A stretch of DNA of 63,997 bases, filler included, from Catajapyx aquilonaris (Eukaryota), in assembly GCA_000934665.2 (NCBI GenBank). It is 3 parts of 3 records of this genome, joined end to end, with 100 filler letters (N's around TTAATTAATTAA, not from the genome) between each part and the next. Parts side by side here need not be neighbours in the genome. Positions count along the whole stretch, not along the records: positions 1 to 21,293 come from JYFJ02006092.1; positions 21,394 to 42,687 come from JYFJ02006093.1; 1 more part is not named here. One strand, 5' to 3'. Position numbers and translations under genes: made by a program. A model generated the notes under the pieces. It searched no databases. It worked only from the letters and a program-made list of their open reading frames with translations, and was not told the origin of the DNA. Position 1 is the first letter of the stretch; each line of letters begins with the position of its first letter. Positions 14,190-26,075 of this stretch are shown in pieces.

Positions 14190-14798
14190 TACCTTAAGGA
14201 CATAATGATACTTCAGCAGTCAGCTTAGTATGCTGTCGCAAAAGTCTTTGAAGACGAAACAAACAAAAACCTTGTGAATGCATGCATGTGTACGCAGAGA
14301 GTTAGCAGGTTCAACACCATCGACGTAAAATTCTAAAGGGTATAGGCACTTTGTGTGTGCTGGGTGGAGGGTGGTGTGTGGTGTGATATGGTTGGATCAT
14401 AATGTGCATTCCATGATACTGATCATATGAAAGGTGTAAAATTCACCATTCCTCACATCTAGCAGCCAGAAATCCCTAAACTTATCCATTACATCATCTA
14501 AAACACCAGGCACCATCAACACATTTACTGACTCAATAGGTAGCCTATACGTACAGTATATTGACAAGATGTGTGTTTCACCTTTCACCTTCACTTGATG
14601 CACAAGACCAGCATGCTTGTACTTCTGGCCATATATTTGTGACCTAACAGCACCTTTGCTAAGGCAATGTAATAATAACCATCATCTTGTAGCCTAAGAA
14701 TTATATGCTTGCAGATGCAATGGAATTGCTTGAACATTTCAGAACAAGAATCCATGCAATACAGCAGGCCCAATTCTGGAGCTTCAGGCTTTCTTCAA

Positions 14799-15379
14799 CC
14801 CTCCCAGGGTATACTTATGTCACTACCCTGAAGCAAGTTTTTGTCAAAATGAGAAATCCCACACCTGTATTCCTCAAAAATATTCTTTCATACATGAAAC
14901 AAAATTATGAGTGACGAAAATTTTTTTTAAAGCGAGTTAACGGCATTTAAAAGCTCACTGGTCGTCTTGGGGTCCAAAAAGGACCCCACGTTTCAAGTTA
15001 GCGACCAGTTTTTTCTGACCTTAATCACCTATAGCAAATTCATGACCTGACATGATTGTATCATCGCAAAATAGAAAGCAACATGACCCTTCCCGTGATT
15101 GAAAAATTTATAGTATTTATTTCAATCTCCCGATTTTTATGTACATATCAAGAATGACTACAGGTCAATAATGACCTCGCGCCTCATGAGTCAACCAAGC
15201 GTCATAGGAAGTCATTTTTTTTGTTTGTGTCACTTATAATACAGACTGAATTTAGGAGCTATAAATATTTTTACTTTTGCTGCCGTTGATGTAAGTTTAC
15301 AGTATAAAAACGATGTGGGGTCCAAAAAGGACCCCACGTTTCAAGTTAAGCATGGCTATATGAGGTTTCATACTGAGGG
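14799..15379. mobile_element. piggyBac-like non-autonomous element (boundaries tentative)
   Basis: TCAA|CCCTC... to ...GAGGG|TTAA; two copies of the palindromic motif GGGGTCCAAAAAGGACCCCACGTTTCAAG (14969, 15317); a similar motif precedes GGG|TTAA at 22221-22259. Confidence 0.45.
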
Positions 15380-15835
15380 TTAAATTGTCTAAAATGGTGG
15401 TAATGCCTGGAATCAATTTTTTAATTATTCTAATGTAATGTGCCTTGAAACATTACATACAGTATACCGTATAGTGATAGTTTGTGAACTAATAAGCAGT
15501 GAGAAATATTTTTCTGTCCTCTTTTGAAATTCAAATGTCTTATGCATGTCCATGAAGGCTTACCGTAGGCATTGCATTGTCAGTGATCCCCAAAGACCAA
15601 AGTACGTCTGGTGTTGAACTATTATACTAGCATCTGCATCATATTCATCTGCATTCAAGCTTCTTGTCTGGCCATCATTAGCATAGCATAAAATCTAATG
15701 GGAAGAAAAATGTCTCTGGCAGTTGTAAACATTGGTAAATGAACTGCTGTGTACGTATCATCTTCCTTCACCACATGAAATTATGCTAGCATCTCTAACA
15801 TAATGAACACAATGCAAATGTTTGCACAATAATAT

Positions 15836-16303
15836 TGTACATGAGTGTGTGTGTGGAATGTCTTTATCTTTAACACTCTTCATGTTACTCTTATTTTGAA
15901 ATGTCCTTGAAGTAGGGGGTAATCACTCGAACAGTCTCACACACGCGAAGTGTACCATTACAGTGGGGACATGTGTAAATTAGTGGGGACATGTCCCCAC
16001 TATTTTCATTTGTAGGGTTTCACAAAAGTCCATTTTTCTCAGCCTGGGTTACTTAGGGTAGGGTAGGTTGGGTAGGTTAGGTTAGGTTAGGTTAGGTTAG
16101 GTTAGGTTATGTTAGGTTAGGTAAGGTTAGGTTAGGTTAGATCAGTTTACACTCGCAGTGAAAAGTGATCAATGTCCGTCCCCACGCCTTAGTCAAGACA
16201 AGAGTGTATGTACATGAGTGTGTGTGTGGAATGTCTTTATCTTTAACACTCTTCATGTTACTCTTATTTTGAAATGTCCTTGAAGTAGGGGGTAATCACT
16301 CGA
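15836..16303. repeat. 95-bp perfect direct repeats flanking a TTAGG-containing insert
   Basis: 15836-15930 is identical to 16209-16303. Confidence 0.9.
15931..16208 (+). mobile_element. (TTAGG)n-containing dispersed element (Helentron/HINE-like by inference)
   Basis: GTGGGGACAT repeats, GGGGACATGTCCCC palindrome, about 13 TTAGG units at ~16075-16140, and an inverted GTCCCCAC downstream; second copy at ~59450-59782. Confidence 0.6.
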
Positions 16304-16430
16304 CTGAGAAGTGTACACTGGAGTACCAAATTCAAGGAGTACCAAGGAGTAATAAAGAGTGAGGTACCTGAGGAGTACCAGGGAGTACCACTCGCAGGTG
16401 TACACCGGAGTACCGAAGTGGTTACCTCCT
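16287..16430 (+). mobile_element. Small MITE with internal GGAGTACC repeats
   Basis: TIR AGGGGGTAATCACTCG / CGAAGTGGTTACCTCCT; multiple GGAGTACC; inverted copy at 46473-46591. Confidence 0.65.
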
Positions 16431-18585
16431 TGCCTCTAAGAGTGGTATTTTCAAGTCTGTGATGCATGATCCCTTGATACCATCCTTCACGTCATATGTG
16501 GCATTCTGAAAAAAACAACACACATTATTCACTTCAGGCTGGTAGTGAATATGCAATATGTGGCAGAACTTGAATCTTATGTCTACATCTTTAAGGAGAT
16601 TAGGTAGTGGCACAAGCTATAACTCTAGTATGAAAGAAGACTTAGTTGGAAAAAATTTTTGCTCAATCACTAGGAGGAAAGGTTGTGTTCTGCTACCATA
16701 AGGCAGGGCACGATATTGTCAACCAAATGCTTCAATTCAAATCCCAACCTGATAGGTATGCATGAAGAATATTAGTCAAGTGACTGTGGTGCAGGAAATT
16801 ATGTCATTACTTACTGGGACTTTAAAAATTAAATATTTAAATTCATCTGGACTAGTTGTTGAAGTGTGTCATCTCTGTTTCTTTCTTGGAAGGCATTACT
16901 CCTTGCAGAAGAAGGTATGGCCTTGGGTATGGCAGCAAAATAAGTACTTGTTGCAACTAAAAAGAATAATGTAACACTGCCATTACTTCAAAGGAAACAG
17001 TTTACACAGTTACAGTATATTATACAGTGACAGCTCCCTACATGCCATGACCAAAAACTACTTTTGTCATTCACATGAAAACAGAAACTTTGGTTGGCAT
17101 TTGAGTTTTTTGTGCAACTTTTGCACTAGTAGGTTTTATGTTTCCTTTGATCTTACCTTCAGATGGCAACTTTCCAAATTTCTTGGTAGGTTAAGTCCCT
17201 GAACATGGTTTTCCACAACTTTTATTCCACATGATTTCATCTTTTGAAAAAATTAATGGTATGTGCTAGAAACTTGTGGAAGAATTTTTCACTGGTGTCC
17301 TTGAAGTACATCATCTGATGAACATTCCTGATCCACCTGTATACATTATGAGGCACACATTTCACAAAAGATGCATTTCCAAATTTCCTGTCTTGCTCTG
17401 CATCACACTCAAAGGGCACATGTGCCAGTAGCAACTGGTGTGCCCCATGCAGCTGTCATGAATCAGTTTGCAATTTCTGAGACAAGAGTACAACACTTAT
17501 TATGCTCATCCCAGCTATTTTCGCCTGTTGTAGCACAAATAATATTTCCATTCCCTGATTACAGCAAGGCATAACACACCATCTCACTATGAAATAAGAC
17601 ATTCATTAATAATTGAAATATCTTGATATCCTGTTTAAGCAATGTTGTACATAATTGTGTACAATCTGCAAAATATTAATAAAGCAAACTTATCAAATAC
17701 TGACCACTGCAAGATCTGTAAGACTCAGCCAATGAATGGGTGCTGACAACAGCCAATAATTGGATTGGATGAATTGCAAAACATTATTCTGATGGAATGG
17801 AGTATTCTGCATGTAGCTGCTTCAGCTGAAGATACTCTTCTTCTGATATCCCTGCTAAGTTGGGAGAAGCTGTTCTAGAGTTCTATTTTCCTTTGAGTGC
17901 CTCCTCACTGTTCAAAGTTCTTCTTTATCTGTGGGTGTCGATAGTTTTCGCCAGTTCCTCAATCGCTCTTCCATAAGTCCTGTTGGTGGGAAATTATTAG
18001 CATCAGCACAATACCACTGCTCCTACATGAATGAGAAGAACATGAATGCAGAGAGCTACACATTTTTCACCCTATTATGCTGTATTTTAACATGCATAGC
18101 TTGTACCATCTATGTCCTTCAGACAGGGAGCTATAGATATAATATTTCTTTGGCGAGTGCAAAATTTGTCACAGTTGATAGATGGGCTCATGTGCACCTG
18201 TTCAACCTAACGGGTTTCATAGTGCAGCACAATAATGAAGAGTACAATATATTATTCAAAGTAAATACAGTACAATATTCATCCAGTGTAAACTTCCAAT
18301 GCATGTTTATGTATTTATTTATTTTCGGCACAGTCTACATATACCTTAACTCAATTCCTGGAATTGGCCTACTTTTTAGTTAAAAAATTGGTAACCAGTG
18401 ACTGTTTTAAATTTGTCACCCTCTCCTTAATTAATGGAATTTCTCTCCGACAGCAAAAATTTGGTCAATAATCTTGAGGTACTGAAATGACTCAGGCATG
18501 CTTCACAAATGTAGACTATTCAGACAGCAGCATGGTTCAATTTTAAGGAAAAATTAAAATGCACAGAGTAAATGTGAAAATTGTA

Positions 18586-19336
18586 GGGGAGAGTGCTGTA
18601 CCATGGAACACTTTTTCAACATTTATTTTTATTTAGTAAAGTTGTTCATGTTTTCAACGTGTGAAACTGTCCATGTATAAAGCATATTGTTGCCCACCCA
18701 ATGGAACTTACTCATTTTGTATGTCACTAATAACTTTACTAAAAATAATTAATATGTGATAGTGTTGCAAATGTTCCATGGTACAACATGCTGATGTACC
18801 TTGGAACAATCTGATGTATCCTTGGAGCAATTTATTTTCCAGCATGATATTAGGCTCAACAATGCAAATATTTTATTTCACGTTGTAGTTTTCATTCTTT
18901 TCAAAGCCAATTTTGAACACTGTTCTTGATGACACCCTGACACAACACCCTAGCTGATGTGTTCCAAGGTACATGCAGGGCTACTTTTAGAAATGAACTT
19001 GCCTCTCTTTCGTGCATTACATGATTGGTAGGTAATAATGATTCAGCACTGTAGACTATTGGTGTACACTTCAGAGCTGAACTTCATCTACTACAAATCT
19101 GTTATATGACAGGAGCAATAATCGACAAAAGGCCTGCCAAAAAACTTACTTTTGAGTATGAAAAAACACCTCCGCCACTCACTACCTCCAAAATGGCTAC
19201 CTGCTAGGGTCTGCTTCCAACTATGGGGCATAATTATGCATCCTTTGATTCAGAAAGTGGCCGGTACATGTCAACACGAGCTGTGGTACATTGAGTGTTC
19301 CAAGGTACGTTGTACTCAAGGTACAGCCCTCTCCCC
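18586..19336. mobile_element. pogo-like MITE, TA TSD
   Basis: TA|GGGGAGAGTGCTGTACC ... GGTACAGCCCTCTCCCC|TA, with internal TGTACC(A/T)TGGAACA repeats in both orientations. Confidence 0.75.
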
Positions 19337-19349
19337 TACTGTACATGTC

Positions 19350-19490
19350 CAACGGGGAAAAAAGTGTCCAACGTCCAAGATAGACAGGTGTCCAACTTAA
19401 TAACATTGCAAGGTTGATGGTTCTAAAAATAATGTCCAATATAGAGAGGTGGCCAACTTATTTAGGCATCCAACTTGACAGGTTTTACTG
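19350..19490. mobile_element. Tigger/pogo-like MITE right end
   Basis: Tandem GTCCAAC(TTA) motifs ending GACAGGTTTTACTG|TA. Confidence 0.45.
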
Positions 19491-20528
19491 TACATCACTA
19501 ATGAAAATGGGCATATTTTAGAACAAGTCTAGATATGCAATGTGTTTAGTAGAAAAGGAGATATGCATTTACATGCCACACTAAGAATTCCACTAAGAAT
19601 TGCTAGTGTATCTCAAGTAGATGTGTTATAAGAGCCAAAGTGGACCCATTCTAGAGCTGTTTTATAATGGTTTTGGTTTCCTGATGTTGTGTAAATGGTT
19701 CCATTATATAGAAGATGCATTTGTATCCTCACTCTCCTTACCTTTCCTTCTTAATCCCCACTTTTACTATATTTCCAAAACATGCTGTTCAGGTGCCCTT
19801 GCTTTATTACAACTTCTAAGTTCAGTCATACTAGGTTGATCCCCACCCACCTATCCTGCATGCTACGTTCCATGACACTGTCATATCAGCAATACCATAA
19901 ATTGTGTATTTTATGTTATGTAGTAGGCCTGCATGTCATATGCAAATGGTTATTCTAAACTCCATCAGACTATGTGACTATCAATACCATCACAGATTCT
20001 AAGTACTCTTGAAACACTCAACAACCATCATCTCTGCATGTGCAATAAATGTAAAGAGAAGACAGTGACTTTCTAGTGATGTATTGTTACAGCATCCCAA
20101 TGGTAGGGTATCCCAAAAAATTTGCACCAAAGAGGGTGAAAGTGAAAACATGAGCCAGCATGTGAGACCCCCCTGCCCTGCATAATATCTGCTTATACTG
20201 AATAGATTATGACTATCATGCTTGTGTGGGGTAGTATAGAGATGACAGTAGTGGGAAGGACCATGATGTCGGGATAAAGAAAGATGATCATCTAATATAT
20301 TTTACTTCTATGTTGTGATATGCACATGCAGTTGTAGTTCTGTCACAATTCACAAGGCACAATAAGGAATGATTTTTCATCAATGGACGCCAAGCAACAT
20401 AGCACACTTTCATTTGACAACAACCGAATTTTTGTCAAACTGGCAAACTTTATTTCACACGACTCATATAATTATGCATGCCACAACATACAAAATCTTT
20501 GTCAGAGATCCACATCGTTATTAAATGA

Positions 20529-20660
20529 TCCTGTCTCAGGACAGATCAGCTCACCTTCGGGGGCCTCGACTTCTATCAGGACATGGTGAACTTTCTTCAG
20601 GAAGTCCTAATTGTCAAAGTCATCAGATAACTTGCCAGGAAGATCACCCAGGTAGTCAAT
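20529..20660 (-). pseudogene. TRMT112: TRM112 (multifunctional methyltransferase subunit) exon fragment, pseudogenised
   Basis: Manual translation IDYLGDLPGKLSDDFDN*DFLKKVHHVLIEVEAPEGELICPETG matches the TRM112 C-terminal half (FL++HH+L+EVE+.EG.L.CPE[ST]G). There is an in-frame TAG at 20609-20607, and the N-terminal half and terminal FPI..GIPNMLL are absent. Confidence 0.8.
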
Positions 20661-21293
20661 CAGAGAGCACTAGACCTACACATTTTTCTTGGTCTCAAAG
20701 TTGTAAGTCATTAGTAGATAATATTACAAGGTCATTTACATTTCTTCGTCCCATGCTTTTGGTTCAAACTCTGTGGACCTAGAAAATAAATGGTTTGTCC
20801 TGATTACAACAAAGTTTCCTTCAGTCACCTAATTTTCTTGCCTGTGAGTCAATGCCTTCGAAACGCCCCTCTTCTGACTGAAGAATGCGATGATGCTTGG
20901 TCTTTGTCCTGCCCTCCCTCCACATCATATTCGAATATCTTCTGGGTAGGTCATCGCATCAGGTCAGGAGAGATACTCTCGGACAACTCGGATACACCAC
21001 CTGAAACACGTCAAGGGCATTTCGGAAATCGTGGCAATTAACGCAACAGAAGGTCACTAGATAAGAGGGGGACCGGTGCGGTGGCCGGTGGGGAGAGGGG
21101 GGTGCACGGTTGCCCCGGGGCGAGCCCCTGGCCAAGGTCACCGAAGTAGCTGACTCGCCTCAGCCCTCAGGCATGACTTTGGCATGACAGACAACACTGA
21201 CTGAAGCACCGAACAATGATGCAGCAGAACGAACACTAGGTGACAGCAGCTGACGGTCTCCCCCGCCCCCCCCCTGAACCTATCACTAAGCAC

Positions 21294-21393
21294 NNNNNNN
21301 NNNNNNNNNNNNNNNNNNNNNNNNNNNNNNNNNNNNNTTAATTAATTAANNNNNNNNNNNNNNNNNNNNNNNNNNNNNNNNNNNNNNNNNNNN
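21294..21393. other. Assembly gap with artificial six-frame-stop linker
   Basis: 44 N + TTAATTAATTAA + 44 N. Confidence 0.97.
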
Positions 21394-21934
21394 ATCGGCA
21401 TAACCGTCACGTTTACCATAACGCCGCAATAAATTGCGAAATATGCGAATTTTGACCAAAATATGCAATGTTGGAGATTTTTTTGCAGGTACCATTAAAT
21501 AAGGTAAATTTATGCATTACATGACAGCGTGTTCTTCCAAAAGCATGAGTTTAAAATTTCATGTTGGTTTTCAGAACAGTTCCCGAGATATACTCATTGA
21601 AAGCAAAGGAAAAAGTGCACTTCCCGTGAAGGTTATTTTGGTACCCCTTGAAAGAAATAATAATATATCGATAACTAAATTTAATCTCGTAAAACTGATT
21701 GCTCCATAAGGGTTCAATTGGATGTGGGTTTCACATATATTTTTTTAAAAAAAATCGAAGACCATGACTGGGCACCCACCGTCTGGATTGAAATGGAACC
21801 AGCCATAATGCTTTTCAATGTATTGACTATATGCAATCAATCATTCTTTGAACAATGCCTAAAATGATCGCTAATTCAAATAAACATGCACTTCCTGTTA
21901 TATACTTTTTTTAAATGGCAAAAGTTCATTGTAA

Positions 21935-22190
21935 TGAAGCACCCAGAAGCAGAAGTGATTAGGTCAGTTTTTCTCCAAATTGCGTTTCGGGCTTTTTTGT
22001 GGTCCTATTGTATGGTACTATTTTACGAGAAAATATTTCGCGCGGCAAAGGAACGCATGTCAGTGTTCTCCACATCATATCATCCATGACATAGTCGAAC
22101 TTCCGAAGCAGAAGTTGCTAAGTACTACTTAAGGCCTGTCCTGAAAAGTTTGTCAAAATGACTTAATCACTTTTGCTTCTGGATGCTTCA
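21935..22190. repeat. 32-bp inverted repeats (MITE-like)
   Basis: TGAAGCACCCAGAAGCAGAAGTGATTAGGTCA / TGACTTAATCACTTTTGCTTCTGGATGCTTCA. Confidence 0.65.
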
Positions 22191-22220
22191 ATTATCACTT
22201 TAATGCATTTTAATTTCTTT

Positions 22221-22259
22221 GGGGTCCTAAATGACCCCACGTCACGGTTCCAGGGTTAA
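22221..22259. mobile_element. piggyBac-like right terminus
   Basis: GGGGTCCTAAATGACCCCACGTCACGGTTCCAGGG|TTAA. Confidence 0.5.
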
Positions 22260-23014
22260 GGCAATTGGCCATAGACACATTGGAGGAGTACTTTAAAAAG
22301 TTTCAGCAAAATCCGAGATACCAAGGGCTAATGTTGTATTGAACTGACATAATGGCCCAACAGTGGACCATATTTGTACAGTACCGGTACTGGATTTCGG
22401 AGTTGTGAACCGAACCTGCATCAATGATTTTTGATTCAGCAAGGGAATACTGTGCTACACTCATTGAGAGATCATCCCTGTTACAATCGCCTTCTTACCA
22501 TTAGTCACTCTCTTGCCCTACATTAAGCCAGGGCCAGTTCCAATTGGAACTTTGCTCTCCATTTAACTGTTGTGTATCGTACAGTGCAGTACATGTGTTA
22601 GCAATACAAATATATGCCAATATATGATGACACATTTGACAGAAAAATGTGATGAAGTTTTTGTCGTGTAGAGGCCTACCTGTCCACATAGAGACATCTA
22701 GCAGTCTACAGGATGGCTCAGAACAACTGGTCATCCAACTTCCAGTGGCTAGATTGGCTCAGAACAAGTCTGTAATGTAGGGGTGAGAAATGTCAAGGTC
22801 CCAACCTGTAATGATGCAGAGGCATGAACAACAATGAACATTGTTGGTCCTATTGAAGGCATACAGCCACCTGCTTTGCACTTGATCCTTTATCCCACTC
22901 ATGAGTTATGGTCATCTCTGTTGGTTTATTGACATTTTTCATTCCTACATATTATTTGTTTTCACCCAATGTAGCCACTGGAAGTGGATAATTTACAGTT
23001 ATGATTCACGTATA

Positions 23015-23444
23015 CAGGGTGAAGGGAAACTCGCAGACAATCACCAGGTAGACTGATAGTACTCGTAAAACTAATATAGGGATGTGCAATTAGTTTTGGG
23101 CTCGGTTGTATAGTTAATGCATACGGCGCCGTCAAAGTTTCATGACGTCACATCCGTTCCGCCAGCTTCTAAGCAGCAAAAGTCAGTTCGAGGGCCTCCG
23201 GTGCTTTGCCTGTGTCCTATAACACATCGTCCATGTGCAAAAGGTGATCAAATCCTGTCAGAGTAAGGATCCGGGTACGACTTTGTGATTTTTGCCTCAT
23301 ATTCCACCATCCGACCCTACACTTTAAGGGGGCCGTACGCATTAACAACTCGATGGAGCCAAAAACTAATTGCACATCCCTGTATTAGTTTTGCAAGTAC
23401 TATAAGTTTACCTGGCGATTGTCCACGAGTTTCTATTCACCCTG
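23015..23444. mobile_element. Tc1/mariner-type MITE with ~130-bp imperfect TIRs
   Basis: TA|CAGGGTGAA...GGGATGTGCAATTAGTTTT / AAAACTAATTGCACATCCC...TTCACCCTG|TA. Confidence 0.85.
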
Positions 23445-24287
23445 TATACGATGGGCAATGCCACTTTCATGAGGAAGCACCACCAGTTTGCAACTACATG
23501 ACATTATATGCTTTATGATTTCTTTACATCAGATGTGTTGTGTACTGATCAACAGTCAAGAACATTCACTAGAGTCTATTTGAGGTAGGAGAAGGGACCC
23601 AGCAACACCCAATCATTTGCAGGCACCACCCTCAGCAATGTCCACCTGGAGACCTGTGAAACTATGTCCTGACATCTCTTCCCTCCCCCTGCTATTTAGT
23701 CCCACTCATGTCTACTCAGAACTGATCAATGCATGCCCTAGGCACTTCACTGAATAGCCGATCTACAGAGTCGCACTCAACTTTGTGCATGGTGAATTAT
23801 TATGAGGCATTCCCTTCTTCTTGTTATTGGCAGAAATCGACCTTCATAGGAATTTGTATTACTTTAACTTAGGTTAATAATATGAATTTTGGAGGTACTG
23901 TGCTTGTGGCAACAATTTGGAAAGAGCTACCAGCAGGAATATTTGTGCACTTCTGAGGAGATTCCCTCCAATGTGCCATAGACGTAACATCAATTGGTGA
24001 AAGGCAACCATTTGAAATATTTGCACACTGGTTGTAAGGTGTGGGATACAGGATCTACTTGCAAACAGACTTTCTATATGCATCGTTTTGATAGCAGGAC
24101 ATTGGCATAATCTTTTTTGTTGCACAGTAATTATTTTGCTACCATAATGAAACTTCATGAAATCATTTTAAAACCTTTGTGAAACAGTGCAAGAATTACA
24201 GTACAAAAATAAATAGAAAGGATGTATGTGACAGATTTATTTTAATCATACCAGGTGTTTCTAAGTTCGGGGTCTGAAATCATAATA

Positions 24288-24726
24288 CAGGGTGGTAATG
24301 AATTCCTGTCGGATACGCCTAGAGCTTGTTCAGGAGTCAGAGTAGATCACTTTTTGCCGAAGAACCCATGTCTGGAAAGGCGTCATTAAGGAATTAAAAC
24401 TGATTAAAGTGATTATGTTTCAGGTTACATCCTGGAGACAGGGTCAGCTAATTCCTACCATAAACTAATGGTGCTTGCAGAGGGGTCAGAGTAATAATTT
24501 TTTGTCTGAGAACTCATGTCTGAAAATGCATCATTACCATGTTAAAGCTGATTATGTCTCAGGATAGGCCCCTTAAGGGGCTAAGCTTAGGGACCTAACT
24601 TGAGGCATAATCAGCTTTAACATGGTAAAGGCGCATTTCCAGACATGGGTTCCTAGACAAAAAATTATCTACTCTGACCCCTCTACAAGCTCTATGGTTA
24701 TCCAATAGGAATTCATTAACACCTTG
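24288..24726. mobile_element. Tc1/mariner-type MITE with long TIRs and an internal duplication
   Basis: TA|CAGGGTGGTAATGAATTCCT ... AGGAATTCATTAACACCTTG|TA; the subterminal block (GTCAGAGTA...CATGTCTG) occurs twice forward and once inverted. Confidence 0.8.
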
Positions 24727-24799
24727 TATACACCTTTATGGTATACGTCATGTACATAATAAATTTTTGGCTAATTATTTACTCGATAATTCTTCCCAG

Positions 24800-25081
24800 G
24801 CACGGAAAATAGAAGAGCACAAGCGCAAGTCGGAGCGCAAGAGAGAGGAATCCAAGGTTCATCAGCGGAAGGAAGCCATCCAGAAGGCAAAGGAGAAGGC
24901 AGCAAAGGAAAAGGAAGAGAGAGAGAAGGAGGAAGCAGGGGCGGTTCCAGGAGAGCCCATGGGAGGCGCATTCCCCTTTGGACCTGGGTTGGGTGGGAGA
25001 CCTAGGGCTGGAGCACCTCCAGGATGGGGGCCGGATTTGGGGCAACTGTTCTCTGACCCTGATATCATGGATGCTTTCCAG
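24800..25081 (+). CDS. ST13: Hsc70-interacting protein (HIP), penultimate coding exon: charged region, Gly/Pro-rich region, start of STI1 domain
   Basis: TTCTTCCCAG|GCA acceptor and CAG|GTATGG donor, 282 nt, phase 0-0; ARKIEEHKRKSERKREE...LFSDPDIMDAFQ matches HIP. Confidence 0.92.
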
Positions 25082-26075
25082 GTATGGCGGGTGTGCTGGA
25101 TGAACTATGCCACTATTACATTGTTTTTTGCCACATTGAAACAGTGCATGAGTATCTTAAGAGCTTGATTGTGTGACATTGTAGTGTAAAATTACCCTAG
25201 GGTGCAAAATATTACATGGTTTTTCATTTATGGCAATACCTTTTTTTCAATTTACGATGAAGATTTAAAAATAGGTTAATATTTCATTTGTTCAAGACGT
25301 GCGCTATCTTGATCCTGGAAGATATGTGTAGATTCCAGTTTAAAAAAAAAAATTATTAATTTTTTTATTAATTTTTTGCAATGTGGGCATCATGTATTTA
25401 GATTCAATTTGTGACTGGCAACTCGACTTCAAAAACTCACAATTCCCTGCTCATTTTTTCTTGGGCTGACTCTATTAGGTGCAAACAATGCAAGACATGA
25501 CAAGTCCTCATCTTGTAGAGATCCTTATTTTCCTCATTTTTAAATATATATTTTTAAAGCTTTACCCCATTAGAGGGAACAGAGCCCTTTTAGGTACCAC
25601 CATTTTTTTCATACGAAATTTTCTTCGCGTATATTTTCCTCATTTATCACTTGAGTTGTCCAGAATGGGTGACATTGAGATAAGGTGGTAAGGCGGATAA
25701 TGATGAATTAGTACTCTGACAAATGGGTGAATGTGAAATTTTCACTTGCTGAAGTTAATGCCCCTGACACTGCTTCCTATTAGAGTGTCACATTTTCATA
25801 AGGGTGCGATATTGTGTGACTTGTCCCATTTCGGAGTTACGGTAGGCATTCAAAACACTGTACTGTACAACTTAGGAATGGTTGTCAAATTGATTTCTTA
25901 ACCCTCCTGGAAAGTTACCTGAATATTGAACTGATTGTTTTGTCAGAATACCCATGAGCTGTGAATACGTCAGGTTGTGTATTGTTAACACCTGTATGTA
26001 GTTGGAGATTTCCACTAATTCTCTTATTTGCAACCAGCCCATAGGCATTTAATTAATTTGCCTGTTTGTCCGAAG

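Larger units (their letters stand above)
15540..18030 (-). pseudogene. Decayed intron-containing gene relic, possibly a transposon accessory protein (SAMD3-like, CACTA/EnSpm-associated type)
   Basis: Minus-strand blocks with splice-like ends (GTCAGT ~17703, GTAAGA ~17157, GTAAGT ~16813, GTAAGC ~15563, TTTTTTCAG ~16506) encode fragments such as WYCADANNFPPTGLMEERLRNWRK and MMYFKDTSEKFFHKF, with many stops and frameshifts. Family guess is from recalled motifs only. Confidence 0.35.

Noticed and set aside
15560..15780. THAP-domain-like words (CQRHF, DNAMPT) on the minus strand
   Set aside because: They lie in different frames with stops and no N-terminal C-x-C; the block fits the surrounding relic at least as well.
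16075..16140. True telomere or chromosome-fusion scar
   Set aside because: Short array embedded in a dispersed element with a second copy at ~59.6 kb.
16320..16420. CRISPR-like spaced repeats (GGAGTACC)
   Set aside because: 8-bp units with irregular short spacers inside a MITE, in eukaryotic DNA with no cas genes.
17931..18383. 150-aa ORF and similar 100-160-aa ORFs (8631, 47200, 51323, 55023, 60870)
   Set aside because: Non-ATG starts or no recognisable motifs, AT-rich intron-like composition, or antisense to other features.
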